DNA of 62,265 bases, counting the filler, from Chiloscyllium plagiosum (Eukaryota), in the NCBI RefSeq assembly GCF_004010195.1. It is 3 parts of one record of this genome, joined end to end, with 100 filler letters (N's around TTAATTAATTAA, not from the genome) between each part and the next. Parts side by side here need not be neighbours in the genome. Positions count along the whole stretch, not along the records: positions 31,367 to 57,748 come from NC_057715.1; 2 more parts are not named here. The stretch is one strand, 5' to 3'. Shown here piece by piece: positions 40,895 through 51,915 of this stretch. Under the pieces are notes generated by a model. It had not been told where the DNA came from, searched no databases, and was given only the letters and a program-made list of their open reading frames with translations. Numbering within the stretch: the stretch's first letter is position 1; each line of letters opens with the position of its first letter. Made by a program: the position numbers and the translations under genes.

Positions 40895-40980
40895 ATAAAT
40901 GGGAACCTCAGACAGTCTCCTTATTGTAGGGATTGGCTCTGAGCTGGCTGGTCAGAGTCCATGGACTGTGGTCATGTAAG

Positions 40981-41101
40981 GAGGAGAAAGTGAGGACTGG
41001 AGATCAGAGCTGAAAATGTGTTGCTGGAAAAGCACAGCAGGTCAGGCAGCATCCAAGGAACAGGAGAATTGACGTTTCGGGCATGAGCCCTTCTTGAGGA
41101 A
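40981..41101 (-). mobile_element. Single Penelope pLTR end inserted in the 3' LTR
   Basis: TSD tggtcatgtaag / tggtcatataag (40969-40980, 41102-41113); same family as 37412-37553. Confidence 0.8.
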
Positions 41102-41329
41102 TGGTCATATAAGTAAAGGGTGACAGGATACTGGCCTCTGTGCGGTTATTTCACTAGAAAAGTTTAGTTTGTGCAACTTCCAAATCAGGAGTGTTTGGTT
41201 AGAAATCTTCAGGTTATTTGAAGCTGAGAAAAGCTAAGCTCAGTTTTGTAAGTATTCAGCTAAGATGAGTTCACAGGAAAGAATTGGGAAGAATCAGTTA
41301 AACATGGACCAGATTCTGAAATACAAGAC

Positions 41330-42790
41330 CTTCCACCCAAACACAAACAAGAGATAGTGCATTAGGACCCTGTTCAAAAGGGCTACAACACACTTCAGCA
41401 CTCCCAACCTGCTAAGGAAAGAACACCCTCTACAAAGGATGGATGTTCCCACCACTACTTCTGCAGATGCCTAACAGACAAACAGCTTGACGAGGACATG
41501 CCATGACCTAACTCTCTAGCCCCACTACCTTATATAAAACACATCTTGGAACTGACAGCCAGACTTCTCTGACCACTCGGATTCATGACAGGCCATAAAC
41601 CGACAGCCATGCTCAGGCAACAACTCACCAGGATGAAAGACCCTATACCCATCATGTGGAAGGAAAACATAGTTTACAAGATTCCATACAAAGACTGCAG
41701 GAAACACTATATAGGACAAACAGACAGACAACTAGCAATCCACATCCACGAACACCAACGAGCCACTAAACGCCATAACGATAGTTCCTTGAAAGTGGAG
41801 TCGCAGGTAGCTAGGATAGTGAAGAAGGCGTTTGATATGCTTTCCTTTATTGGTCAGAGCACCAAGTATGGGAGTTAGGAGGTCATGTTGTGGCTGGACA
41901 GGACATTAGTTAGGCCACATTTGGGAGTATTGTGTGCAATTCTAGTCTCCTTCCTATCTGAAAGATGTTGTGAAATTTGAAAGGGTTCAGAAAAGATTGA
42001 CAACGATGTTGCCAAGGTTGGAGGGTTTGAGCTATAGGGAGAGGCTGAATAGGCTGGGGCTGTTTTCCCTAGAGCTTCGGAGGCTGAGGGATGACCTTGT
42101 AGTGCTTTATAAAATTATGAGGTACATGGATAGGATAAATAGACAAGGTCTTTTCCCTGGGTTGGGGGGAGTTCAGAACTATAGGGCATAGATTTAGGGT
42201 GAGTGGGGAAAGATATAAAAGGGACCTAAGGGACAATGTTTTCACACAGAGGGTGGAACATGTATGGAATGAGCTGCAGAGGAAGTGGTGGAGGCTAGTA
42301 CAATTAACATGTTGATGGATAGATGAATAGGAAGAGTTTGGAGGGACATGGACTAAATGCTGACAAATGGGACTAAACTAATTCAGGATATCTGTTTGGC
42401 ATGGATAACTTGGGCCAAAGGGTCTCTTTCCATGCTGTACATCTCTATAACTCTATGACCAGCTGTCCTTAGTAGCCATACACACAGATGACAAGGACCA
42501 CAAATTCGACCACAACACAACAATAATAGGACAAGTCAAACAGAGGACAGCCAAAGAGTTTCTAGAGGCATGGCACTCATCTATAGGCTCCATCAATAAA
42601 CTCATTGACCTGGACCCAATATACCAATCACTGCAATGAACAACCAGAAGCTGCAGGAACAGAACCAAATAAATTCCAGAAGACACAGTCCAGCAGCACT
42701 TCACAGGAGGCTCCAAGGCCCTGAAGATACTACCCAGGCGGGGACGAAACATCTACAAATCAACTTTCCAACTTAGCAAACACATCCAAA
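41330..42790 (+). mobile_element. Poseidon-type Penelope fragment interrupted by a CR1 3' fragment (about 41780-42455)
   Basis: NIVYKIPYKDCRKHYIGQTDRQLAIHIHEH; resumes DQLSLVAIHTDDKDHKFD...EFLEAWHS; hammerhead CTGAAGA...GAAACATC at about 42721-42753. Confidence 0.82.
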
Positions 42791-43885
42791 CTGTGAGAAT
42801 CAATTAACAATTTGATGTACAGGAGTAATTTATCTGGATTTGAGTCTCTGGAACATTGTGTTGGAAAATTGTGATGAGATCTTTCAAACTGTGTTCTGTA
42901 GTGAGATAGCTTGGTTTGTTTTTATTTTGTTCTCATGTTTTGTGCAATAAACTTCTGTTTTGTTGTTAATGGAACTCTTCAACTTTGTGTGACTGCATTT
43001 CAGTGAATGACCACCATGTTATCTAAAACCAAACAACATGATCTATCAGGTCAGATTTCATTCTGGGATCTCCTTGGTAATACCATCAATTGGGATTATA
43101 AAAATGCATACATCAATCTAAATTAATTTTGCATTTCCTTTGTCAGATATAAGTAGAAATTTGTTCTGTGTTTTTATAGCATCTTTAACGTGTTCCAGGG
43201 TGCTTTGCAGAGGTGATTATCAAACAGAATATAAACACTGAACCAGAGAAGACAATAATAAGAAAGGGATCTAAAAGGTGGATCAAAAAGGAAAGCTTTA
43301 GAGGGACTTCACCAACAAATAAAACATGCTTTCCTTTCTGGGGAGTGCAAAATCAAAGGCTGTAAATTTAAGTAATCACTAATAAAACCATGAGGAAATT
43401 CAGAGGAAACCTCTTTACCCAGAAAGTGGTGAGAATGTAAAACCCAATACCACAGGAAATATCGAGGCTAATATTATGGATGCATTAAAAGGAAGCTAGC
43501 TAAATACGAGAAAGGAAAGAAGGAAATCTGGAAAGTGTAATATGAAGGCTGGTGGGAGAGAATTCATATGGAACAAAATCACCAGCATAGATCAGGAGGG
43601 CCGAATGTTCCATTTCACTGCTGTGAAATTCAATATAATACTGTGTTTGTGTGTCGAATTTTATGTAAATTTCCTGTACAAGAAATGATTTTGTAAATTG
43701 AAAATGCAACTGCTTGTTCATTTTGATACTTTTCCACCAGGTGTATTCTGCCTTTGGCCCACTATTTGTTTGCCATGAGATGCATCTGTTTTAAATGCTT
43801 TAAGAATTCAGAATTTTTAAAGCTGTATTTCTTTTTCCTGCTACTGAGCCACAAAACTTTATCACATGAGGAAACTTTCTTCTGA

Positions 43886-44071
<186 letters not shown>

Positions 44072-44645
44072 TAACTGTTTTGTTCAACCTTCGCTGGTCA
44101 GTGCATTCAGGATGGGAGGTCATGTTGTGGCAGGACGTTGATGAGGCCACTATTGGAATACCATATGCAATTCTGGACTCCCTGCTATAGGAAGAATGTT
44201 GTTAAAATTGAAAGAGTTCAGAAAAGATTTGCAAGGATGTTGCTGGGTTTGGAGTGTTGTGGGGAAAATCACCAGTCTTGGAGTCAGAATCAGGATCCAA
44301 CGACCTAGTTTATTGTACTAAGAAACCGGAGCTCTGGGGAGAGAAAGAGAGAGAGAAGAGATGTTTGTCAGCATGGCTGTTAACCAAGAGCTTCCTCTCA
44401 CCCTTGGAGCACATGTCATGATATTTTATACATTTTGTGGTACAATAGTTCAAGTATTGTAGACTTTGTTTGTACAGCATGGTTTGTTTACAGAAAACAT
44501 TACAAAATCATTGTCAGTTTCAGTGGTCGTGATTGTTCTTCCTGAGAAGGAAGATTGTTTTCCATTACTGCAGACCTGAAGTATCGACACTTGTTGACAA
44601 GCAGTCTCAGGTAGTTAACATTTCTATTGAAGGTGGTGGCTGGAG

Positions 44646-45387
44646 GTCCACGCCCCCCCAACAACCCACCCTCCCATCCTGGCACCTTCACCTGCCACCG
44701 CAGGAATTGCAAAACCTGTGCCCACACCTCCCCCCCTCACTTCCATCCAAGGCCCCAAAGGGGCCTTCCACATCCATCAAAGTTCTACCTGCACATCCAC
44801 CAATGTCATTTATTGTATCCGTTGCTCCCGATGCGGCCTCCTCTATGTTGGGGAGACTGGACGTCTCCTAGCAGAGCACTTTAGGGAACATCTCTGGACA
44901 CCCACACCAATCAACCACACCGCCCTGTGGCCCAACATTTCAACTTCCCCTCCCACTCTGCCGAGACACCTCATCTTCCGCCTCAGAACACTTCAACCCC
45001 AGGGCATCAATGTGGACTTCACCAGTTTCCTCATTTCCCCTTTCCCCACCTCACTCCAGTTCCAAACTTCCAGCTCAGCACTGTCCCCATGACTTGTCCT
45101 ACCTGCCTATCTTCCTTTCCACCTATCCACTCCACCCTCCTCTCTGACCTATCGCCTTCATCCCCACCCCCATTCACCCATTGTACTCTATGCTACTTTC
45201 TCCCCAGCCCCACCCTCCTCTCATTTATCTCTCCACCCTCCAGGCGCTCTGCCTCTATTCCTGATGAAGGGCTTTTGCCCAAAACGTCGATTTTCCCGCT
45301 CCTCGGATGCTGCCCGAACTGCTGTGCTTTTCAGCACCACTCTAATCCAGAATCTGGTTTCCAGCATCTGCAGTCATTGTTTTTACC
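44646..45387 (+). mobile_element. Penelope-like 3' fragment inserted in the ERV 3' LTR
   Basis: TNVIYCIRCSRCGLLYVGETGRLLAEHFREHL; hammerhead CTGATGA at 45261; absent from the other LTR. Confidence 0.85.
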
Positions 45388-45778
45388 TCAAACACTTCGG
45401 TGGGCAGTAGACATTATTGATGTGTATTCTGTCCCCCACTCACCTTAAACTACTCATCTAAGCTCTGAATCGATTGTGCTGGTATGCTCTTAGCCTCAGG
45501 CAGTATCTGTATATGCTTTGCTGTAATTTTCCATGTAATGGCTCAGTGGCCAGCTTGTGCACTAAATGACCCGTATCAACATGCCCCGTGTCAACTCCTA
45601 CTTCACTCCACCCTTTGTGGTCAAGGAGGTGACTTCAGAGATCTCCCACAGAGCACCCAACTCACACGTAGAGGTAGCCTTTTCTAAGGTCTCCCCATCC
45701 TGTGGGGTGTCAAGGAGTGCAAGTTTCATTGGGGAGTCTTCCCTGGTGATACTTGCTTCTGGCAAGTCAGTAGCACCT

Positions 45779-46573
45779 TACAGCAAAGCTTTAAACACCC
45801 AAGGCCGAGGCAGAATACCAGTATGAGTGAAATAAGGAGAACACTCCTGTGTGCCAAATAGGGTCCCTAGGATTTGCCTATCAGCCGTTCTCGCCAGCTT
45901 TCTCCTCCTGTGGCTCCTTGTCTGAAGTAATCAAGCTGGTCCCGAATGTTTTTGATCGCTTGTGTAAACTTGTAAGATTTGTCAATGACATGGGTTATAC
46001 ACTGTCACCAGTGATTGAACATACTCCCCTTTACTGGGCTAACTGATAATCCACTGTGTAACATGTCTGCTGTGTGTAAAGTTTGAGTTCACCTCCTTGC
46101 ACCTCCTGCTCTGCTGAGGGAGCAGTTGGTCCCTGCTGTACAGTTTTGTAGGAGGGGAGAGAGTCAGTCTCCCTTTCCTCCTGTACTTTATCTATTCTTT
46201 GCTCTAGCTCCTTTATCCTATCCTCCAGCTCCTCAATTCATTCTTGGCCTTTTCTCCACCTGCTAGTGGAGGCACCTATTTGTTCAATTAGGCCTGTTAA
46301 TTGCTACATGAACATTACCCCTATCTTTTTAGTTTTAATTCATTTTTGTTTGTCAATCCAATTGCGCTGCTGTACTAATGTCTTGGATGGGTCCCAACCC
46401 CCTTTCTTCATCTGTTCTGTCAATGCTAGTCTGTCTGTCTTCTTTTTCTCAATAAGGGAACCTGCAGTATCCCCTTTAAAATCCTGATCTGCCAATTTGC
46501 AGATTGTGTACCCCTGGATACCACGAACAGTAAAGTGTCCTTAATCAGTGGGACTTCTCTACCCCCTGGCCAT
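45779..46573 (-). pseudogene. Decayed retroviral gag-like N-terminus joined to an env TM remnant
   Basis: IEELEDRIKELEQ coiled coil; LPSYKTVQQGPTAP; ELKLYTQQTCYTVDYQLAQ*RGVCSITGD/CITHV (ISD plus CX6C-like); TM helix VLLISLILVFCLGLGCLKLCCK; several stops and frameshifts. Confidence 0.72.
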
Positions 46574-48303
46574 GAATACTGTTCCAGCACTGTCCGTATG
46601 GCAGTAGCAGCCTCCTAGCAAGGTGTGCTCTCTACCAGTGGGACTTCAGTACCCTCCCGGCCACCACCACTAGTCGGTACCTGCCAGTTGCCTGGGAATG
46701 TCAGTTCAATAGGGTGCGCTCTCTACCGGGACTCCTCTACCCTCCCTGCCACCTCTACAGTTCCAACACTGCCCGATAGGCACAGAAACCTACCTCTAGC
46801 CCGGTGTGCTCTGTACTGGGGATCTTTTTACCCTGCCGGCCACCGGAAGCTTAAAAAGGGTTGTTCAGCTACAGACTGACAGGGTATCACGGTCACTAAG
46901 TGTCCATGCTTCCACCTCGGTACCGTGCTGCTCCACTGGAATTTGGCTCTTGGTCAGAGTGATCAGCTCCTTTTCCTCACCACTTCAATTTAAAACACAA
47001 TAATAGACAGCACCCAACTTTCGACTAGGGTCTAACTGGACTCTGCATTGTTTGCCCCTACGGAGTCCAATGTTACCCGACTTTGTCACTTGTGCTCAAC
47101 AACACTTAATACCCTTGGCACCTCAATTCCCATTTCAATTCCCAACCATCCCGGGAGGACCCCCCACCCCCTCCCCCGCCCCCAACAACCGGTTTATGGC
47201 GGGGCTTTTGAGGCAGGCACTACCTTGTCCTCTGGTCATTTCAGGACAAGCAACTGGTTATTACACCAGTTAGTACACTTTCCCACTGACGCTCCACAGG
47301 CATGCACTATTGCACAAGTTACACGTTACAATGGTATACCCCTCTAAACTAAGTCTTTGGCACGGTCTGACTCTTCCCGTTTACAGTTTCAAAGTATCTC
47401 TTACCCCGGCTCACCAATCGTGGCCTTTAACCAGAGTCATAGAGATGTACAGCATGGAAACAGACCCTTCGGTCCAACCCGTCCATGCCGACCAGATATC
47501 CTCAACCCAATCTAGTCCCACCTGCCAGCACCCGACCCATATCCCTCCAAACCCTTCCTATGCAAAGCATCAGGAAGAAGAGATCCTGCCGATTACGGCA
47601 ATTGTTGTGGGGAAAATCACCAGTCACTGAGTCAGAATCGGGATCCAATGACAGAGTTTATTGTACAAAGAAACCAGAGCTCCAGGGAGAGAGAGTAGTT
47701 TGTCAGCACAGCGGTCAGCTGCAAGCCTCTTCTCACTCTCGGAGCACGTCATGATATTTTGTACATTTTGTGGTACAATAGTTTTCAAGTATCTAGACTT
47801 TATTTGTACCGTATGTTTTGTTTACAAAAGACATTACAAGATCATTGTTATTTTCAGTGGTCGTGATTGTTCTTCCTGAGAAGGAAGATCGTTTTCCATT
47901 ATTGAAGATCTGAAGTATTAACACTTGTATACAAGTAGTCTCAGGTAGTTAACATTTCAATTGAAGGTGGTGGCTGGACTCAGACACTTTGGCAGCAGTA
48001 GACATCACTGATGTGTATTCTCTTCTCCACCCGCCTTAAACTAATCATCTATGCTCTGTCTCTATTGTGCTGGTATCCCGTTAGCCTCAGGCAGTATCTG
48101 TGTATGCTTTGCTGTATTTTTCCATGTAATGGCCCAGCGGCCATCTTGTGTGCTAAGTGACCAATTTATGGCTCAGCGGCCATCTTGTATCTGTGTGCCC
48201 CATGTCGGCATGCCCCATGTCAACTCTCACTTCAGGAGGGTTTGAACTACAAGGAGAGGCTGAGTAGGCTGGAGCTATTTTCCCTGGAGTGTCAGAGGCT
48301 GAG

Positions 48304-48612
48304 GGGTGGCATGGTGGCTCAGTGGTTAGCAATGCTGCCACACTGCACCAGGGTCCCAGTTTCAATTCCAGCCTTGGGCGACTGTCTGTGCGGAGTTTGC
48401 ACATTCTCCCCATGTTTGCGTGGGTTTCCTCCGGGTACTTTGCTTTCCTCCCACAGTCCAAAGATGTGCAGGTCAGGTGAATTATCCATGCTAAATTGCC
48501 CAGTGTTAGCTGCATTATCCAGAGGGAAATGGGTCTGGGTGGGTTGCTCTTCAGAGAGTCAATGTGGACTTGTTGGGCTGAAGGGCCTGTTTCCACACTG
48601 TGGGGAATCTAA
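48304..48612 (+). mobile_element. HE1-type V-SINE
   Basis: ggtggcatggtggctcagtggttagc head, V-domain, aatct tail; further copies at about 49765-50105 (+) and 55640-55950 (+). Confidence 0.85.
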
Positions 48613-48811
48613 TCAAAATTTTATAGAGGTTTACAAAATCATGAGGGGCATGGATAATGGTGAGTAGCCAAGGTCTTTTTTTCCCAGGTTAGATTAGTCC
48701 ACAACTAGAGGGCATAGGTTTAAAGTGAGAAGGGAAATATTTTTTTAAAAAAAGGGAGAATGGCAGAGCAGTCTTGATGAGCTGAATAGCCTAATTTCTG
48801 CTACCATGTCT

Positions 48812-49503
48812 GTAAGTTAGCTCACTGAGCTGGAATGTTTGTTTTCAGATGTTTTGTCACCATACTAGGTAACATCATCAGTAAGAGACTCTGGTGATAT
48901 GTCCCACCTCTCTATTTATAGGTCTTGGTTTTTTTAAGGTGGGTGATATCATTTCCATTTTTTTTTCCAAGGCAAGGTAGATAGGATCTAATTTGATGTG
49001 TTTATTAATAGAGTTCTGGTTAGACTGCCATACCTCTAAGAATTCTCATGCATGTCTTTATTTCGCTTATCCTAGGGTGGGTGTGTTGTCCCAGTCAAAG
49101 TGGTGTCCTTCTTTGTCTCTATGTATAGAAACTAATGATAGTGGGTCATGTCTTTTGGTGGTGAATTGATGTGGATGTATCTGATGGCACACAAATCCTG
49201 GGACAGCTGAAACAAAGACACGCACAAGAATTCTTAGAGGCATGGCATTCTAACCAGCATTCGATCAATAAACACATCGACTCAGATCCTATCTACCTTC
49301 CCTTGGAAAAGAAGAACCGGAAATGACGTCACCTACCTTAAGAAACCAAGATCTATAAATAGAGAGGTGGGACACACCACCAGCGCATCACCAAAGTCTC
49401 TCACTGATGATGTTACTTAGTATGGCAACGAAAGGCTGAAAACAAACCTTCCAGCTCAGCGACTTACATACTTATCATCAACATGAGCTACAAATCTCAA
49501 AAA
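48812..49503. mobile_element. Poseidon-type Penelope fold-back (about 0.3-0.35 kb arms)
   Basis: Inverted EFLEAWHS...SINKHID.DPIY segments; hammerheads CTGATGAtgttac on both strands; TSD tctgctaccatgtct / tctgcttctatgtct (48797-48811, 49504-49518). Confidence 0.82.
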
Positions 49504-51689
49504 TCTGCTTCTATGTCTTATGGTCTTATTGGAAGCAGTGTATTTTTTTGCACGGGACACTAAAACTGAGTTCCCTGTTCCTAGTTTGGATGGATTTAGT
49601 AAGTACCAAGGCACTAATTCAAAGCAGAGCTGGGAAATCATCCCTACTATCCTGAACTCATATTCAATCCTACATTAATAAAAATGACCTGGTCATTCTC
49701 CTATTGTTATGCATGGAATCTTGCAGTGTGTGTAATGGATCCTATTGTGCTTCCTGCATTATGGGGATGTAATGGTGGCTCAGTGGTTAGCGCTGCTGCC
49801 TCAGAGCACTGGGGACCTGGTTTGATCCCAACCTTGGGTGACTGCCTGTGTGGAGTTTGCACATTCCCCCTGAGTCTATATAGATTCCCTCTGGGTGCTT
49901 TGGTTTCCTCCCACAGTTCAAAGATGTGCAAGTTATGTAGATTGGCCATGTTAAATTTCCCATTGTGTCCAGGGTTGTACAGATTAGGATTAGGCATGGG
50001 CAATGTTGGGTTACAGGATGTGTGGGTGGGAAGCTCTTCAGACGGTCAGTGTGGACTGGTTGAGTCTCATTACCTGCTTCCACACTATTGGGATTCTATT
50101 CTATGATAAGTGACCATGCTCCAAAAGTACTTCATTAACTATAAAGCACTTCATGAATGCACAATTTTATTCCTTTTTATCTTTTTAAAACCTCGAAATT
50201 ATATTGTTGCAAACAATAAAAATTTCTGCATAAGCAAATAGCTGGCTCAGATCTGAGCAGACTATGTCTTCATGAAACATCAGTCAAGCTATGGAGGAGC
50301 TCCCTTATTTCTTTTGTGCAAATTGTACAGTGAGAGCTTTAATATCCCTTGATAAAGGTGAATGGAATTTCAATTTAAAAAATAACTCACATTTGTGCGT
50401 AGTATTTTACATGACCTTGGAATGTCCCAAAGCTCTTTGTAACCAATGTATCACCCTTGGTACGTATCCAAGTGGATCTTGCTGCCAGAATAGTTAAGCT
50501 GACCTGAAATTTAAAATAAAAACTTTATCTCCAGACGGAGGGACATCCATTAGTAAAGCTATCATTTGACATTACTGCTTGAAACTGTGCCAGAACTGGA
50601 TGGAAACATTTTTAAAGGATTTTGAATTTGGTATAAAATATTAAAAAGATAAAAGAGTATAATTGAATAGCAGTAATGTATGTGTGGGTGTGTGGCAGGT
50701 TGTAATTGAGGACAAGTAGTTGTAGACCTGTCCTTCACTGAAACTGTGTTATCATCAATTGCAAGCTACTAAACACCCACGCAGCCATTATTACCCAGCT
50801 TGATCGGAAATTGACTGGCAAATGTAAATTTTACAGGTAACCACAGATGTAGTTATAGAATTGTAGGAAGAGGCCCTTCATGCCTGTAGCCCTTCTTCGA
50901 AAGAGGTAGTTTGGCTAGCTCTGGTTTATCCCCGTAGCCTGGCAATTTATTTTTCACTCTTTCATGTATTCATCCAATTACCTTCAGAAAGTTACTGTCG
51001 AATCTGCTTTCAGGGAGCACAGTAGATCATAACAAATTGCCTTATTCAGTAAACTCTTCCCAGTTCCACTCTGCTTTTTTTCAACCAGAAACAAGGAACA
51101 GGGTTATGAGGAAGAGGCCCAAAGTACCGCTGCAGCCATGATGGGCTAAATGTCTCTTTCGGTACCGTAACAATTCTTTGATACATTTAATTCACCTCCT
51201 TCAATTGTTAACCTTGCTGGGGCAGGAAGCACTTTCTCCTTATTTATTCTGTTGGAATTCTTCATGATTTGGCGATGTCTATTAAATTTCTTTTTGGCCT
51301 TCTCTGCTCTGAGGTGAACCAACGCAGCTTCTCCAGTCTCTCTTTGTAAACTGAAGCTCCTCATCGCAGTGGAAGGTCCCTGTTATGAAGGAGTGAACAT
51401 GACAACTATTTAAATTAAGAATTTATAGTGTATGTTGCAAAAGTGAAGAACTATAATAAAGAGCTGAATTTTACCATTTTGGTTTGGCCACGTTTTTTTC
51501 CAGTGACATTATTTGGTGTTTGGCCCCCCATTGCCCACCTTTCCTCACAATGATCCATCATTCATCTCACTAATTATGCAACTAGCCTCCCTGTGGGCTG
51601 CTAGCACCATATTTAAGCCCCTGCTCCATGATACTTCAGACGCTGCACCCCAGAACTGTGCTTCATCCTGTCATCATGAATCAAAGAAA

Positions 51690-51915
51690 ATACTGGAGAG
51701 AAGCAAGCCAGCTCCTCGGTTCACTAACAGGGTCTTGGAAGTACTGGTAGACAAGGTGATGAGGGAGTGCTTTTCCCATTGACCAGAAAAGGAGGTCACA
51801 CCATCCGTCTCAGTCAGTCTGGACGGAGTTAGCAGACTAGGATCAGTGCGGTGTCATCCATGGAACACAGCACAACATGTAGCAGTGCAGGGAGAAGGTT
51901 AACTCTCTTGCTCCT
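51690..51915 (+). pseudogene. Decayed Myb/SANT-like DNA-binding domain, probably from a PIF/Harbinger transposon
   Basis: KPAPRFTNRVLEVLVDKV, then frameshifted RRSHHPSQSVWTELAD...ISAVS...QCREKVNSL. Confidence 0.5.

Larger units (their letters stand above)
38238..41153 (+). mobile_element. Internally deleted Gypsy LTR retrotransposon (LTRs 38238-38832 and 40292-41153)
   Basis: TG...CA LTRs; 5-bp TSD ctaga (38233-38237, 41154-41158); PBS-like tggtggcgag after the 5' LTR; gag start MPLFGKLYLFDPAV at 38918; PPT agggggaggga at 40281-40291. Confidence 0.88.
27480..43100 (+). mobile_element. Decayed Gmr1-like Gypsy retrotransposon (gag-PR-IN-RT-RH), split by many nested insertions
   Basis: gag DYETVTKAILNPYDLAPEAY (about 29070); protease GIDFILGNGLA (about 30270); integrase HHPQSQGALEKWHQTL (about 32770); RT HPYRLNP and DYKVNLVTKA...LPKGYW (36970-37210); RNase H WSLLLQ...KIIHVPE*.NILANA (37400-37640); similar LTR-like ends at about 27500-27820 and 42800-43100. 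Confidence 0.78.
44255..48234 (-). mobile_element. Internally deleted endogenous retrovirus inserted in a CR1 (5' LTR 47603-48234, 3' LTR 44255-45605)
   Basis: Paired LTRs TGAAG...CAACA; 4-bp TSD ggag (44251-44254, 48235-48238); PBS 47583-47600 (minus tgccgtaatcggcaggat, 16/18 to the tRNA-Ser PBS TGGCGTAGTCGGCAGGAT); PPT-like tract next to 45606; env TM remnant. Confidence 0.85.
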
